From positions 5,756,166 through 5,820,165 of the forward strand of contig OZ316896.1 of the NCBI GenBank assembly GCA_973895155.1: a stretch of DNA of 64,000 nucleotides. Direction: 5' to 3'. Position numbers and translations under genes: made by a program. Source of the stretch: Marsupella aquatica. Lineage: Eukaryota > Plantae > Marchantiophyta. This document shows positions 45,990 through 58,303 of the stretch, in pieces; positions within the stretch are counted from its first letter, which is position 1, and each line of letters opens with the position of its first letter. The notes under the pieces are model-generated. The model saw only the letters and a list, made by a program, of their open reading frames with translations. It had not been told where the DNA came from and searched no databases.

Positions 45990-48900
45990 TAGCCATGTAA
46001 AAAGGGCAAATTGTCCAAGACTTCTCAGGTTTTCACTTTCCGAGTCTCATTCTTTTCCTCTCCCTTGGAGAACCCAACGTTTGCTCAAGTCTTTTGTCGT
46101 ATCAATCCTACTTCCAGCCCACTAGTTTATGTGTCAAGAAATGGTGCAATCTGATTTGGACTCTGTGAGAAACACCTGGGATTTATATCTTCCCCAAATA
46201 CTTCTCTTGGCACAACACTCTAGAGGCAAAAAGAATGGTGGAGTCATTTCCACTAAGTACAAAGTTAAAATCCATACCATCATATGTGTATTGAGTAAAA
46301 TGAACGGTAAATTGTGATATTGTGGTGATGACATGACATAAAATACTGTGAACAATCGAATCTGGAATCAAAGAGATATTTGACCGTCATCATCTTGGTG
46401 ATCGCCATTGTTGTGCCCACAAAAGCAATTGGGCAAACCCACTTTAGCACACAAACATGACCAACCAAAACTTCTTGATTGAAACCCCACACCTCTCAAT
46501 TTGGGATTCAGGCCAAATGTAGATTGAACAGGTTGCAGTTCAAACTCTAGCAAAAACCTGTAAAGTGCCACTCCATCAAGACTAGGTTGCAATTTCATGG
46601 GACAGATCAAACTTGTCCGTAGTCCTGCGCCAGTCAATGCACCTCTCAGTGTGCTCCACTGGTCTAGTTCTGTTGGGCGCTGGCCTATGGCACACACCCA
46701 ACTCCAAACTGCCGGCAAAAAACAAATGTACAAATGTTTATTACTATTCACGTGATCCAGAATTTTGTCTTGATGTCACCATACCTATGGAACGCACCCT
46801 ATGCTCGACAAGATCTGGGCAATTATCTTTATTCTTCTCTGCAAAATCTTCCTCACTAAAATTCAATGACATCCTTGGCAGAGTTGTACTAATAATGTGC
46901 TATCAAACTGAGAGATTTCTTCCTAGTGATATGATATGCTATCACTTGAGGGCTGAAGGACTCACCCAATGTATTAGCAGACATTCTAGCACTTTTCAAG
47001 AATTATATAATTCTACTTCTTGCGTGCTACTTATGTGGCAAACCATCAAATTGAGTCTAAGATCCCTTTGATGGCAGCCATTGCCATTTGTGATCGTTGA
47101 TGTATCATTTCTTCATGTTTATCCATATCAAGATTTATGAGATTGTCATGTTTTTCCTTGTCCCAATCATGTTTTTCCTTGTCCCAATTGCAACTACTTT
47201 CATCCTTAAGGATCTTCCTTGTTGAGTCTTTCCCAAGAAAATTTAAAAGGAAATTGTTGTCCTCTTGAACTGCTCGTCAAGTTATCTCGAGGACTTGTCT
47301 TGACCCCACTATATTGCGTTCCTGATGGGGGCGATCTGTGGTGCAGTCCTACATTGCCCCTGATGGAAGCGTTCTCTATAGCAGTCCTGCTGTTGATGCT
47401 TCCATTGGATCAGCATGAACAAGAATAGGAGAATTCACCTCCGTATTGTTTTCCTCTATTTCATTGTATTCATGGCATGTGGAGTATGTTGGGTATCAGT
47501 TTGCCAGTTTCCTGCATGTGCTTTTCCTTGATATCTCCATTATCGACCACTTGGTTTGGTCATGAGTTAATTGCTTGATGTGTGCCCATCCAACACTCCA
47601 TGGTATCAAATAATTCGTGAGCAAAATTCACAAGAATTTTCATGCTCTTCCTTCATCGCTGCGCATTTCATATCAGTCAGATTGGTCACTCCTTACATGG
47701 TTATGATAATTATACACTTTCTTGAAGTCTATGACAAGTTCTCCCAACGTTTCTTGGTCTGCATTGATTATCGTGTCACATTATCTATTGCAAGAACTAC
47801 CAGAATTTCTCTCCACTTATGATCTGCAGTCTTGATTCTTTCTCTCGATGTGTGATTCAAGGAAGTCTCATGTTCCATTCGCTTAGGTGCAATCAAGAGA
47901 AGCAATCTGTGTAGTCTCTATTGCCTAGTGGGGGGTTGATCAGAAGCAGGACCAGAAGGACAAGGCCCATTTGCTACAGCTCCACCAAGTTCACTAGACC
48001 GATTCATGCCAGACTGAACACTTTCATTTGCACATTGGGTTGCCATTAACACTGGGAAGCTTGATTTGACAAAGGAGCTAAGGGAGGAGCTTGATTGCAT
48101 AGTTGAATTCTCATGAGTTTCTCTTGAAAAGAAATATGGATTACATGAATTCAACCAAATAGCCAGCACAAGAAATTGTTCCCAATAAAAAGAAGGAAAT
48201 GGCAATGCACAAAATTACTAACACAAAGTGGAGCTCACCAAGGGCTAGTCAACTCTTCCTTGCATCCAAGTTGAGCGCATCGACAAAGATGATGCGCAAA
48301 TGGGCATGAATTCCGAGGAATTCCAAGATGTATTCCCACCCATATCCATCTTCAAAGATTGATGAGAATCCTAAGAAACAACGGGTGCTAGCGTCATGTA
48401 ATGTCATCCCATCGACGTGCTCCATGTAATGCTTGTCCATGATATCGACCGCAAAATGGCTGTTGTCGGTCAGAATGCTCGCTCAAGGGGTACCACGCGC
48501 GACCCTAGCCTAATATAAATAGGCCTATTTTGTAAAGAAAATATTCCAAGAATATTCTATATTTTCAATATTAATAACCTATTTTACTTTATAAAAGACA
48601 TATATTAGAGAATATTCTATAAACATGAGTTTATAATACCTTCTTTTGCCTCCTACGCTTTTTAAAATTTTAGTTAATTTCTATCAAAAATACCTACTTT
48701 GGATCGCACATAGTTCCTAAGATTTTTGATAGTCAACCCCCCGAGAATGTCCGTCAACCAAAGAGACCAGTCCACACAAGGGCGGTGAAAGAAGAGTGGA
48801 AGGCCCGACAAGCCTTCCACCCTGAAGTTGCATTTGAGGGGCGACCCTGAAGTCGTCGACAATTGCAATTCTTTCCAATAAATGTGGAGATTTGAGGGTG

Positions 48901-49959
48901 ATGCGGGTGGCCAGCCTTGAGGGCTGATGGAATAAAACCCTAAGGTGAGCCAAAGATGTTGTTGAGAGGCAAAGATGTCTAAGGAGAGGAAATGATGTTG
49001 GGGCAAGACAAAGATGTCAAGGACAGGTAAGGAAATGCAAGTGAGTCAGGAAAGTTGTTAAGATATATTATGTGTCATTGTGGTTGTTGTTGTCATGCAT
49101 GGTCATGCGATTGTTGTAGCCATCGGATCCTTGCGACCATGCAATCATTGTGGCCATGGAGTCAAGCTAAGACAAAGATATGCAAGTTAGGCAAGGAAGT
49201 TGTTGAAGCATCTTAAGTGTAGTTGTGGCCATGGTGTTGTTACGACCATTAGATCAATGTACAGTGTTACACCATTGTCGTTGCAATTAGGAAAACTAAT
49301 TCAAATTAGATATCCCCTCTCCCTACCCTTAGTTGCACACAAATTTAAAAGTGAGGTAAAGAGTTGCAAGTGAGACGATGAAATGTAATCGTTCTGATAC
49401 CGTCGTTATATCGTCACGTTCATGTGTGCAAAATTTTGGTTAAGTAGTAGTCGTTGCAAAACTATCATCATTTTGGTTAGTGTTGTTGTTGTTGTGAAAG
49501 TGTTAGTGTCAAGGAGTGCAAACTTTGGATGTTTTACATGTGCGTGGTGTCTATGAGTAGCAATCATTTGCTCAATATAGATCACAAGATTGTAGGGGTT
49601 GGGTTGGGAGCGGATGGACTTAGAATTCAAAGGCTTTGATCTCGTCCAACAATCTAGGGCCTCAATCTGGGGCCTCCCGGTTATCAAAGGTCACCATCTT
49701 GTCCACCAATTTGTTTTTGGTTATGGGGGCAGTGAGAGCGTAATGATGGACCAAGACCCTAATAAAAGTGTGAGAAAGTAATGTTTGGGTGGAGCACTCC
49801 CAAACCTTGCAAGTCGGATCAGGTTACTATTGACCAGAAAAGTATAGATCTTTTAACAAAGAAAAATGAACTTGATCTGAGTACCATAAAAGTTTTCTTT
49901 GTCCATGGGTACGTTGCCTCCAGGCTATTTGTCAAACATTGAGGTGGATGAAGGTTTCA

Positions 49960-50154
49960 GTTCAAAAATTAGAAGAATTTTTTATATGGGCCAATGTTTT
50001 TGAACATACAAGTCTATGAGCGCTTCAGTTTAAGAAATTAGAAGAATTTCCCATGGGCATATTGTCAGCTGTTTAGGTCCATAGTTTCAAAAGTCAGAAG
50101 AATATGAGCATTATCTGAAAATTATAGAAGAATCTCACATGGGTATTTGGCCAA
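49960..50154. repeat. Left part of an AT-rich satellite (~85-90-bp unit, AAAATTAGAAGAATTT core) split by the L1
   Basis: Same motifs (TTAGGTCTATGGGG, GAAAATTAGAAGAATTTC, GGGCATATTGTC) continue at 52609-53118. Confidence 0.7.
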
Positions 50155-52598
50155 TTTTTTTTTAACAAAAGGCCCTGGCCAAAATTTATTCATGGAAAAG
50201 GACACAAAAAAACAACATGCCTGCCTGAAGGGAGGAGATAGGAGAGAAAAAAAGGCAACAAAGAGGGGCATAATAGAGGGAGCACCCCCAGAGAAACGAA
50301 AGAGACCGAGAACTTCCTGACCATCTGCCTAATAGAAGGAGGCAGGAAAGAGTGGAGAGGAAGCCGAAGGCAACAGAAGACTACTAACTAACCTATCATA
50401 ATATGGTGACAAAGCAAAACAACCAAGGGCTGCACCCAAGACCGGAGATCCCACGATGGACTGACAAGGAGCCACAACCATCCACCTCCACAGGAAACCT
50501 CAATAGCCACCACGTCAGCAACAGGATGATCCTTTGTAATGGAGCCAGGCCCAACTAGCACCGGATAGGCGATACCATCATGTAGCCGCCACTTCCACAG
50601 GGAGAGCCAAGGAGACCACCCAGACAGCAGCTCCCCGAACGAGATGCTCCAATCAAACTTCACCAACCGAACTATTCTCCGCCATACATCATCGGAGAAG
50701 AATCCCAACATACTGACCGAGTCCCCTTCAATAACTTGTTTTCCGCTAGCCATCAGTTGTACCAACAAGAAGACTCCATCATCAAACCGGGCCCACCTCA
50801 TCTGAGCTAGATAGCCATACTCAGATAATAGTTACACCAAAGCCTTCTTGTGTAGGAACAAATTTAATTGATCCATCGAATGTGTGATGAGGAGAAAGGA
50901 AACCGGAGAGGTGGGTAAATTCTGGGTCGGGAGATGAACATAGGGTGCTCTTCCAACGGGCCAGAGAGGAGAAGAGGAATCCAGAACAAAGAGTGGAATC
51001 AACCAAGTGTATGGAGAGGCCCGACACCCAACAGATGTGTGGCGCCACTGGTACTGTCCCTGGAAGCCTCCAAATGGATACACAGATGCAACGAATGAGC
51101 GGCGCCACTGGTACCGCTGGTAGCAACAGATAACCCGGGGGGGAGGGAGGAGGTGACAGCCGAGAGCAGTGCCAAAGAAGAATTCCAACCAAGAGTGCAG
51201 TCGAAGGAGCTCTACTAGGAACCAAAAATGAGAAACTACTTAATTATGCAGACTACTACATGCAGCCATCCTAATAGGGAGGAGCCCATAAAATAGCAGG
51301 CTGGCACAACAGCCGAGGAGCAATGCAATCCATATAAACAACCTGGTAACTTGCCAATTGGAGCAAATCAGCAGAAGACAAAAGGAGATCATCCAAATGC
51401 AAGGATCCACACAGAAGCTGTTCGAACTTGCGCGTATCATCAAATAGGAAGCCGGAGAAGACCATCCCTTGTGGCTAGAAGGTACCCCGGCATGAGCTTG
51501 AAGAGAAAATGTGTCTGGTCCGTCGCAGTGCACCCAGGACGTACAACACCAAAGCCAATGATCTACCCTGAACGTAGTGAATGAACATTATACAAGGAGG
51601 CACGTAGAGCATGAGAGAAGTTAACTGGTGAAGCACATGATCGATGGACGGGCAAGTGGGAAACAAAAAGCAATCTATAAATGGCCAAAAGAAAACACTT
51701 CCTGTCTTGGAAGGAGAGAGCAGAAGAGGACATGGCAAAACATGATGAAGCCTACCCAGGAGGAAGGAGGAAATAACAGGAGAGGACGAAAGCAATACGG
51801 AAGGAGAGGTGCATCAGCCAGGGTGGCGAGGGCCAAGAGGGCCAGAGATATATTTCTCCGCATAATGCAGTCTTTTTTTTTTGCTCTTAGAATCCGAGCA
51901 GAGGGCCACCGACCGTAGGTGGAAGACAACAGAAGAGGCAGCAGCATAGGGGGAGAAAACTAACTGTGTACCCTGAAACAGCCGAGCATTTCAATTTTTC
52001 CAAAGGGTCCACAGGGTTTCGTATAACACAAAAAGGCAAGCAGATAGACGAGGAGAACGCCCGAGGGCCATATCTAAGAAAAGAGTGGCCGCCCGGGAGG
52101 TGAGTCAAAGCCGGGACAAGTTCGTAGAACCAGGCCGTGCGGTTCCAGGCAGCAATAGCTTGAGGACAAGAGAAGAAAATGTGCTGGCTATCTTCGATCA
52201 GCACTCTACAGAATGGGCAGCAGCCATCTCCATTCCCGCACTGGCGAGCTCTCTTCCCAGTGAACAATCCAGCAACGATGACTCTCCAGAGGAATACCTT
52301 CCCTCTATGAGACAAGTCTGAACGCCAGATCCTTCTCCAATGGCGCTGCCAGACCAAAGCCGAATCCAAAGAATTCCAACGAATGTTAAAAGAAGCATAA
52401 TCACAAGAAGAATTATCCAGATAAGAATAGGCTAGCGAGCTGCTCAAAAGACAGGGACCACGTAATTTTTTACGACCCTGCCAGTACCAATGAGAGGCAT
52501 CAAAGCAACCAGAAGGAGAGGGAGGAGGTCCACTTTGGACGATCATAAAAATGTGTGCTAGAAGAGCCAGATACGTGGTGCCCAAGCCGCGACACCGC
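50155..52598 (-). mobile_element. 5'-truncated L1-clade LINE (ORF2 C-terminal zf-RVT domain, degenerate RNase H-like remnant, poly-A)
   Basis: ORF 51887-52600 gives WRRIWRSDLSHRGKVFLWR...CPFCRVLIEDSQHIFFSC (zf-RVT). T9 tract at 50155-50163 is the poly-A. TSD ATTTGGCCAA at 50145-50154 and 52599-52608. Confidence 0.88.
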
Positions 52599-52608
52599 AT
52601 TTGGCCAA

Positions 52609-53118
52609 ATTTTAGGTCTATGGGGCTTCACTTTAGAAAACTAGAAGAATTGCATAACTATGCAAACCTTAGAAGAATTTCCTATGGGCATATTGTCAAA
52701 CATTTAGGTCTATGGGGGCTTCAGTTTCAAATCTGAGATGATTTTCATAATTACCTGAAAATTAGTAGAATTTCATATGAGCATATTGTCAAAACTGAGT
52801 GAATTTCATAATTACCTGAAAATTAGAAGAAGTTCAGTGGCCATATTATCAAACCTTAGGTCTATGGGGATTTCAGTTTCAAAAGTGAGCAGAATTTCAT
52901 ATTTACCAGAAAATGAGAAGAATTTCACTGGGCATAATGTCAAAAGTTTAAGTCTATGGGGCCTTCATTTTCAAAACTGAGAACAATTTCATAACCACCT
53001 GAAAATTAGAAGAATCTCATATCGGCTCATTGTCAAACGTTTGGGTCTATGGGGGCTTTAATTTCAAATCTGAGTATAATCTCATAATTAGCTGAAACTT
53101 AGAAGAACTTCATGTGGC
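52609..53118. repeat. Right part of the ~85-90-bp satellite
   Basis: About 5-6 units with TTAGGTCTATGGGGGCTTCAGTTTCAAA...TTCATAATTACCTGAAAATTAGAAGAA. Confidence 0.8.
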
Positions 53119-53119
53119 A

Positions 53120-53400
53120 TCTTACTAATAAAGTGCAATGCAAAGTTACTTTCAAGGGCTACTATCTAGAGTGAAACCTCTAGAAGTAGCTCTCAATAGA
53201 TCAAAACTGAGAAGTGAAGGTAGACCAAAAAAAGGATGGGAGAAAAGATTAATAGCACTTACTCCAAATGTGACAATACTAATAGTGACTTAAAAAAGAA
53301 AACAGAAAGTAAGGGTGAAAAAAAGAGGGATGGAGACAAAGATGAACAACATCATGTTTGTTTTGCAAGAGTTAGTTTGGTCTTCATCTCCATTTTCTTT
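53120..53400 (+). mobile_element. Helitron 5' fragment (same family as 27127)
   Basis: A|TCTTACTAATAAAGTGC...TCTAGAGTGAAACCTCTAGA. No 3' CTAG hairpin found; right boundary approximate. Confidence 0.55.
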
Positions 53401-53403
53401 CAA

Positions 53404-53860
53404 AGAAGGTGTATCAGGCTAGTATTATCAAACGTTTAGGTCTAATGGGGCTTCAGTTTCGAAAATGAGAAGAATTTCATAAATACCTAAAAATTAGAAG
53501 AATTTGACATGTTGTACAGGAAGAAGGTGTATCAGGCTAGTATTGTCAAACTTGAGGTCTAATGGGGCCTCAGTTTCGAAAATGAGAAGAATTTCATAAT
53601 TACCTGAAAATTAGAAGAATTTGACATGTTGTACAGGAAGAAGGTGTATCAGGCTAGTATTGTCAAACGTTTAGGTCTAATGGGGCCTCAGTTTCGAAAA
53701 TGAGAAGAATTTCATAATTACCTGAAATTTAGAAGAATCTGACGTGTTGTACAGGAAGAAGGTGTATCAGGCTAGTATGGTCAAATGGGGCTTCAGTTTC
53801 GAAAATGAGAAGAATTTCATAAATACCTGAAAATTAGAAGAATTTGACATGTTGTACAGG
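53404..53860. repeat. Homogeneous ~117-bp tandem repeat x4, derived from the adjacent satellite
   Basis: AGAAGGTGTATCAGGCTAGTA recurs at ~53404, 53522, 53639, 53757. Confidence 0.9.
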
Positions 53861-53910
53861 AAACCCCACACGATGGTGATAAAGAGTGTTGCAAGGAAAG
53901 CATGAATCAG

Positions 53911-53918
53911 AAACCCTA
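53911..53918 (+). promoter_or_regulatory. telo-box (AAACCCTA) upstream of TIM50
   Basis: Exact motif ~200 bp upstream of the ATG at 54114. Confidence 0.35.
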
Positions 53919-54113
53919 GAACACATCACAGACCTTGAGAATTGGTCTCCCGTTCACAAGTGTTTGTGACCATCATTCACACCCTCCAGTGTGCATGTGA
54001 AGAAGATCGATCAGTCGAGGCGAAGCCCCGGGGAGCCGGAATTGTGCGAATCGCAAGTATTGCACGAGTGATTGTGGAAAAAACATTTCAGGTGGCGTTG
54101 ATCAGCTGCAGAG

Positions 54114-57100
54114 ATGTTGGCGACAAGTCGAATTCGACTTCTGCGCCGGGCATTGCCGGCGTACATGTCCTTGACGCAGGAGGGCCATGTTCGGTGGCAG
54201 AATACCGATGCAATTCCTGCAGCGTCGTCTGCGTCCATTTCGGCTGCTGCTGCTGCTGCCTCGTCGTCCTCAACGGCTGTGGAAGAAGTAATGACGGAGG
54301 CATCCGTTGCGAAGAAGGAGCATTTCGCGTGGAGGCTGGTCAAGGGAGCGCTTTATTTGTCAACTACGGCGGCTATCGGAGGGTGTGCTTATGTGTCATA
54401 TGGTATGTCACCAATTTCGATCAACCTTTGTGCAAAATCCGAACGAATTGCTTATTTGCATGTCATGAAGGTTATAACCAAATGGGCCCTTCCGGCCAGT
54501 TCCTGGGCTGTGTTCATCGCAGTTTACCATCACTCTTCCTTCTATATCGAATCTGCTCTCATCGTTCCAATTTTTCTTCTTTTTCCTCTTCCCTACTCAT
54601 TTGGGAGCTCAGTTCAAGTGGTTTCCCGCCCAGATGTCTCAAATGTCAATCGTGCAGCAGAGTTTAGCAGTAATTTGTTAACCCTTTGCGCTTGTCGTCA
54701 CATTTGCGATGAGGCCTTGTCCTTCCCATTCTGGTCTCTTTCACTATCTGATCCGAATGTTGGTACTGGGTGGACTCCGTGCAGCTTACAGCGCGGATGA
54801 TATAGAGAAATATACAGCACAACTTCAATCTTCGGCCAAGTTCAAGGCTGCTGAAGAGCTTGATTTTGCAGAAGTACGTCCACATCGGTTGTACGTCTGT
54901 CTCTACTCCTGTCATGGTTCAATACATATTTGTGTTTCGAAAGCAACATCTCGTTTTACGTCTTCTTCCCTACGCGTGGTCGTTTTGCGAATTGTCACAA
55001 TATGTGGTGGATTTGTGGCCGCTGACCATATTTTGTTTTCATCTGATCAATTCATTCCAACTTTTGATTGATATAAGCTTCTTTCTAAATTTGCGAATTC
55101 CCTGGAATAAAAGTCCCGCCGACGTCGTGCTAAGTTAACAATTTGTCTTTCACTTTCCTCAGAGACTGCGCCGGAGTATCTATACTGCTAGTGTGAGTGG
55201 TCAGTTCGCTCTCCTTTCATTTTACTTGCCCTTAAACCTCCACACATGGTTCGAAGTTGATTACTCGTGGGAGTCAGTTAACTTCTACTTTTAGTATTCC
55301 ATCTTTCGGTTGTTGTCTAGAGAAAATTGAATCGACGATTATGAAGTGTCTGGTTTTGTCTAGCTTGGGTCTATGCATTTAAGCATTCCGAAGTGTTCTT
55401 ACGAAACTTGCTGCTATTCATCAGCTATCACCAAGGTTTCAGATTACTATCTGGATGTGAGGAGGTCCGTTGAGGATCAAGTGCAGGTATTGTTCCATTC
55501 ATGGTACATGTGATATGATATGTGATATGTGACGTTCGTTTTAGATTGCTTACACACCTCTTGCGGGTTTGTGCCGGTCTATAATCTGAATTAGGTTAGG
55601 TTAACTTGTCTTATGATGATTTGCCGTTGGCAACAATGGGCATAATAGTTACTTTCATAAAATTATCTAATCGTAGATTTTCATCGCATGGCAAGAATCT
55701 GTTGTCCCCTATACTCTGAATCATCAAGGCGTCAGGGATCTTTCAACGGCCCTTGGTCCTTCAGAACAAAGATCCCGCGATCTTGTTGTCATCTTTCGAG
55801 ATTGCTAACTTCATATGCTATGTTTACAGGGGTTTTCAGCTCCGTCGTCAAACAAGCTTTTACCTGATCTGCAGCCTCAAGAACAACATGTCTTCACGCT
55901 CGTTTTGGACCTCAACGAGACCCTCGTCTATTCTGATTGGAAGGTATAATGAGCTGTCCTAGTTACTCGTGACGTGCATTCTTTGCTTGTCTTATGTGTT
56001 CCATGTCATGACTGCCGATGCTTCTGTCGGATGTGCGAGGAGTGACCATGCCAGAATTCTGCAGACCTAGCGATGCCGTGGTCATGAGTGTTACTGCATA
56101 GCAATGGTCATCGTCAGTAGCATGCGACATTTTTGGAATCGTGACTTAGTTCTGTTGCTGTCATTGCAGCGAGATAGGGGTTGGCGAACATTTAAAAGAC
56201 CGGGAGTGGAAGCTTTCTTGGAACAGCTGGTTCAGTACTACGAAGTCGTTATTTACTCAGATCAGCTTAGTTTTGTAAGTTCTGCCCAGTTGTCTACTGC
56301 CGATAGACTGGATTATATATGTATGTTGGATGTTGTGTATGCATAGTCCTTGCACATGCCTGGATGTTTTGAACTAGCTTTTTCTCTTAGTTCATGGGAA
56401 TTAATTGTTCTTATGACAAGGCATTGACCTGTTAGTCCCATAATAGGAGCGAGTCAGAAACGGACCCTTTGCAATGTCTGGAATAACTTTTCATATGCCT
56501 GAGTCGAGACCTTATGGGCCTTGCAGGCTAGTAAGCAAGATATGTGCTTGAGGTGTTTTTTGGACTAAATCTTGATTGGATGGCATACCCTTGTTTGCTG
56601 GTGGAAAACAACTTCCCCCGGTGAAAATGCTAGATTCTCTGAATCATGTCTGAGGTTTTTTAATCTGTGTAACTTGGGGTGTAGTACGTGGATCCCATAC
56701 TGGATAGACTTGACCAGAAGGGCTGCATCAGATACCGGTTGTCACGCGATGCAACACAATATATTGATGGGAAACACATGCGGGTGAGTTCTCTTAGCAT
56801 GTTTTGTCAATGTCATCATTATTATTCTGATGGAAGTCCGCTCACTTGTATGTAAGCCTATGATCACTTCTGCAGTGTATTCCTGGAACGATTTCCATTT
56901 GCGAAAGTCAGTAGGATACTTTGAACTCCTTGAATGTCGTTATGATCAAGTTCATTCATCTTCTTCATTATTTACCTTTTGTTGTAAAGGGTTAACTTTA
57001 TTATCAAGTTCATTCATATTCTTCATTATTCACCTTTTGTTGTAAAGGGTTAACTTTCGTCGGCCAAGAGGTTTTCTCACTCTTGAGATTCTAGCGATGT

Positions 57101-58303
57101 AACCTTGAAGATTCACTCATCTCCTGCTTTAATTGATTGCAGGATCTGTCAAAGTTGAACAGAGATCCAGCACGCGTTATCTACTTAAGTGGCCATGCTG
57201 TGGAGAGCACTTTGAATCCAGAGAATGCTTTACCCATAAAGCCTTGGAAACTGGAAGCAGAAGATACAAGTCTTCTCGACCTTCTACCATTTCTCGAGTG
57301 TAAGCTTTCATCTCGAGCAGCCTAGCATTGGACAGAACAGGAGAATTAGAAACATGACTCGTGATTTGGGTGTGTACCAAAATTTGCAAATTTTACCCGC
57401 TTAGAAGCATATTCATCAGGCTTGATATCTCCAGAGAGGGTTTCTGGTACTTATGGAGCTTTGCTTACGTCTGGCAGATGTTGCCCGCAATAGGCCAGCA
57501 GATATTCGAACAGTTCTTGCTTCATATCAAGGGCAGGATGTGGCCAGCGAGTTTAAAGTCAGACACCAGGAATATCAAAAGTATGTGGGGACATTCCTCT
57601 ATCTGCTCCGTGATCAGTGCACGTTGATATGAATGCTTTGTCACATAATTTTTTAAGAGAATCCCTTATGCCAAGTTTGGAGGATCGCATTTCATTGTTT
57701 TTCCGATCTTCTTCTTTGCGCACTTTCATGCAGAGAGGAAAGCAAGGCTATGAGTGCTCTTGGACTCGTAGAGTTCATTAGCGAGGGCAGAAATTCATGT
57801 AGTACTTATGGCTCTCATGCAGACCACTAATTTGGCGTCTTTAAAATCCGAATTATCACGTAAAGAGCTTGACAGTTACTGCCAAGCCAGCCCATGTCAT
57901 TTGAATCTGACATCCAGGGCTATGAGGACTTCGATCACTCTAGTCCATCGAAGTACCTGTGAATGTCGATGCAACCTCTTTTGATGATATTCTTTCCTGA
58001 GGGATTGCTGGATTACTTCTTCGAATTTTGTTACCTTCACGTGCAAGCTGTTTGCTGCTGAACCTGTACCAAAATTTGTCACTGGTGCACTTAAGAATGC
58101 CCCCTTGAATTTATTTGTCTTGCCAGTTGTCTTACTATCGTGAGGACCCAGGTGCGTTTTTATCCCCTGGTCTTGAAAACCTTAATTTATTAGGTTTGTT
58201 TACAATTTCTTAATTCACAATTGTTGTTTGTTGCAGACGAATGCAAGAGCGAAAACAACAAAGTCGTTTCTGGAGAGGATCTGCTGTTAACCGATCTGGC
58301 TAA
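54114..58303 (+). CDS. TIM50: Mitochondrial import inner membrane translocase subunit TIM50, 10 exons
   Basis: Exons 54114-54402, 54785-54873, 55163-55199, 55425-55486, 55830-55943, 56170-56274, 56685-56783, 57143-57299, 57478-57580, 58237-58303. Presequence, one TM helix and a NIF/FCP1-like domain (FTLVLDLNETLVYSDWK|RDRGWRTFKRPGV, DLSKLNRDPARVIY, DLLPFLE|YVARNRPADIR). Confidence 0.93.
56945..57058. repeat. Intronic ~57-bp tandem duplication
   Basis: ATCAAGTTCATTCAT...CCTTTTGTTGTAAAGGGTTAACTTT occurs twice. Confidence 0.7.

Noticed and set aside
47900-49400. Gypsy-type LTR remnant
   Set aside because: It has TE-like texture, but I could not define termini, TSD, PBS or a coding motif.
53942-54667. 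241-aa Cys-rich ORF
   Set aside because: It is an alternative frame over TIM50 exon 1 (GCT repeats), with a non-ATG start and no domain.
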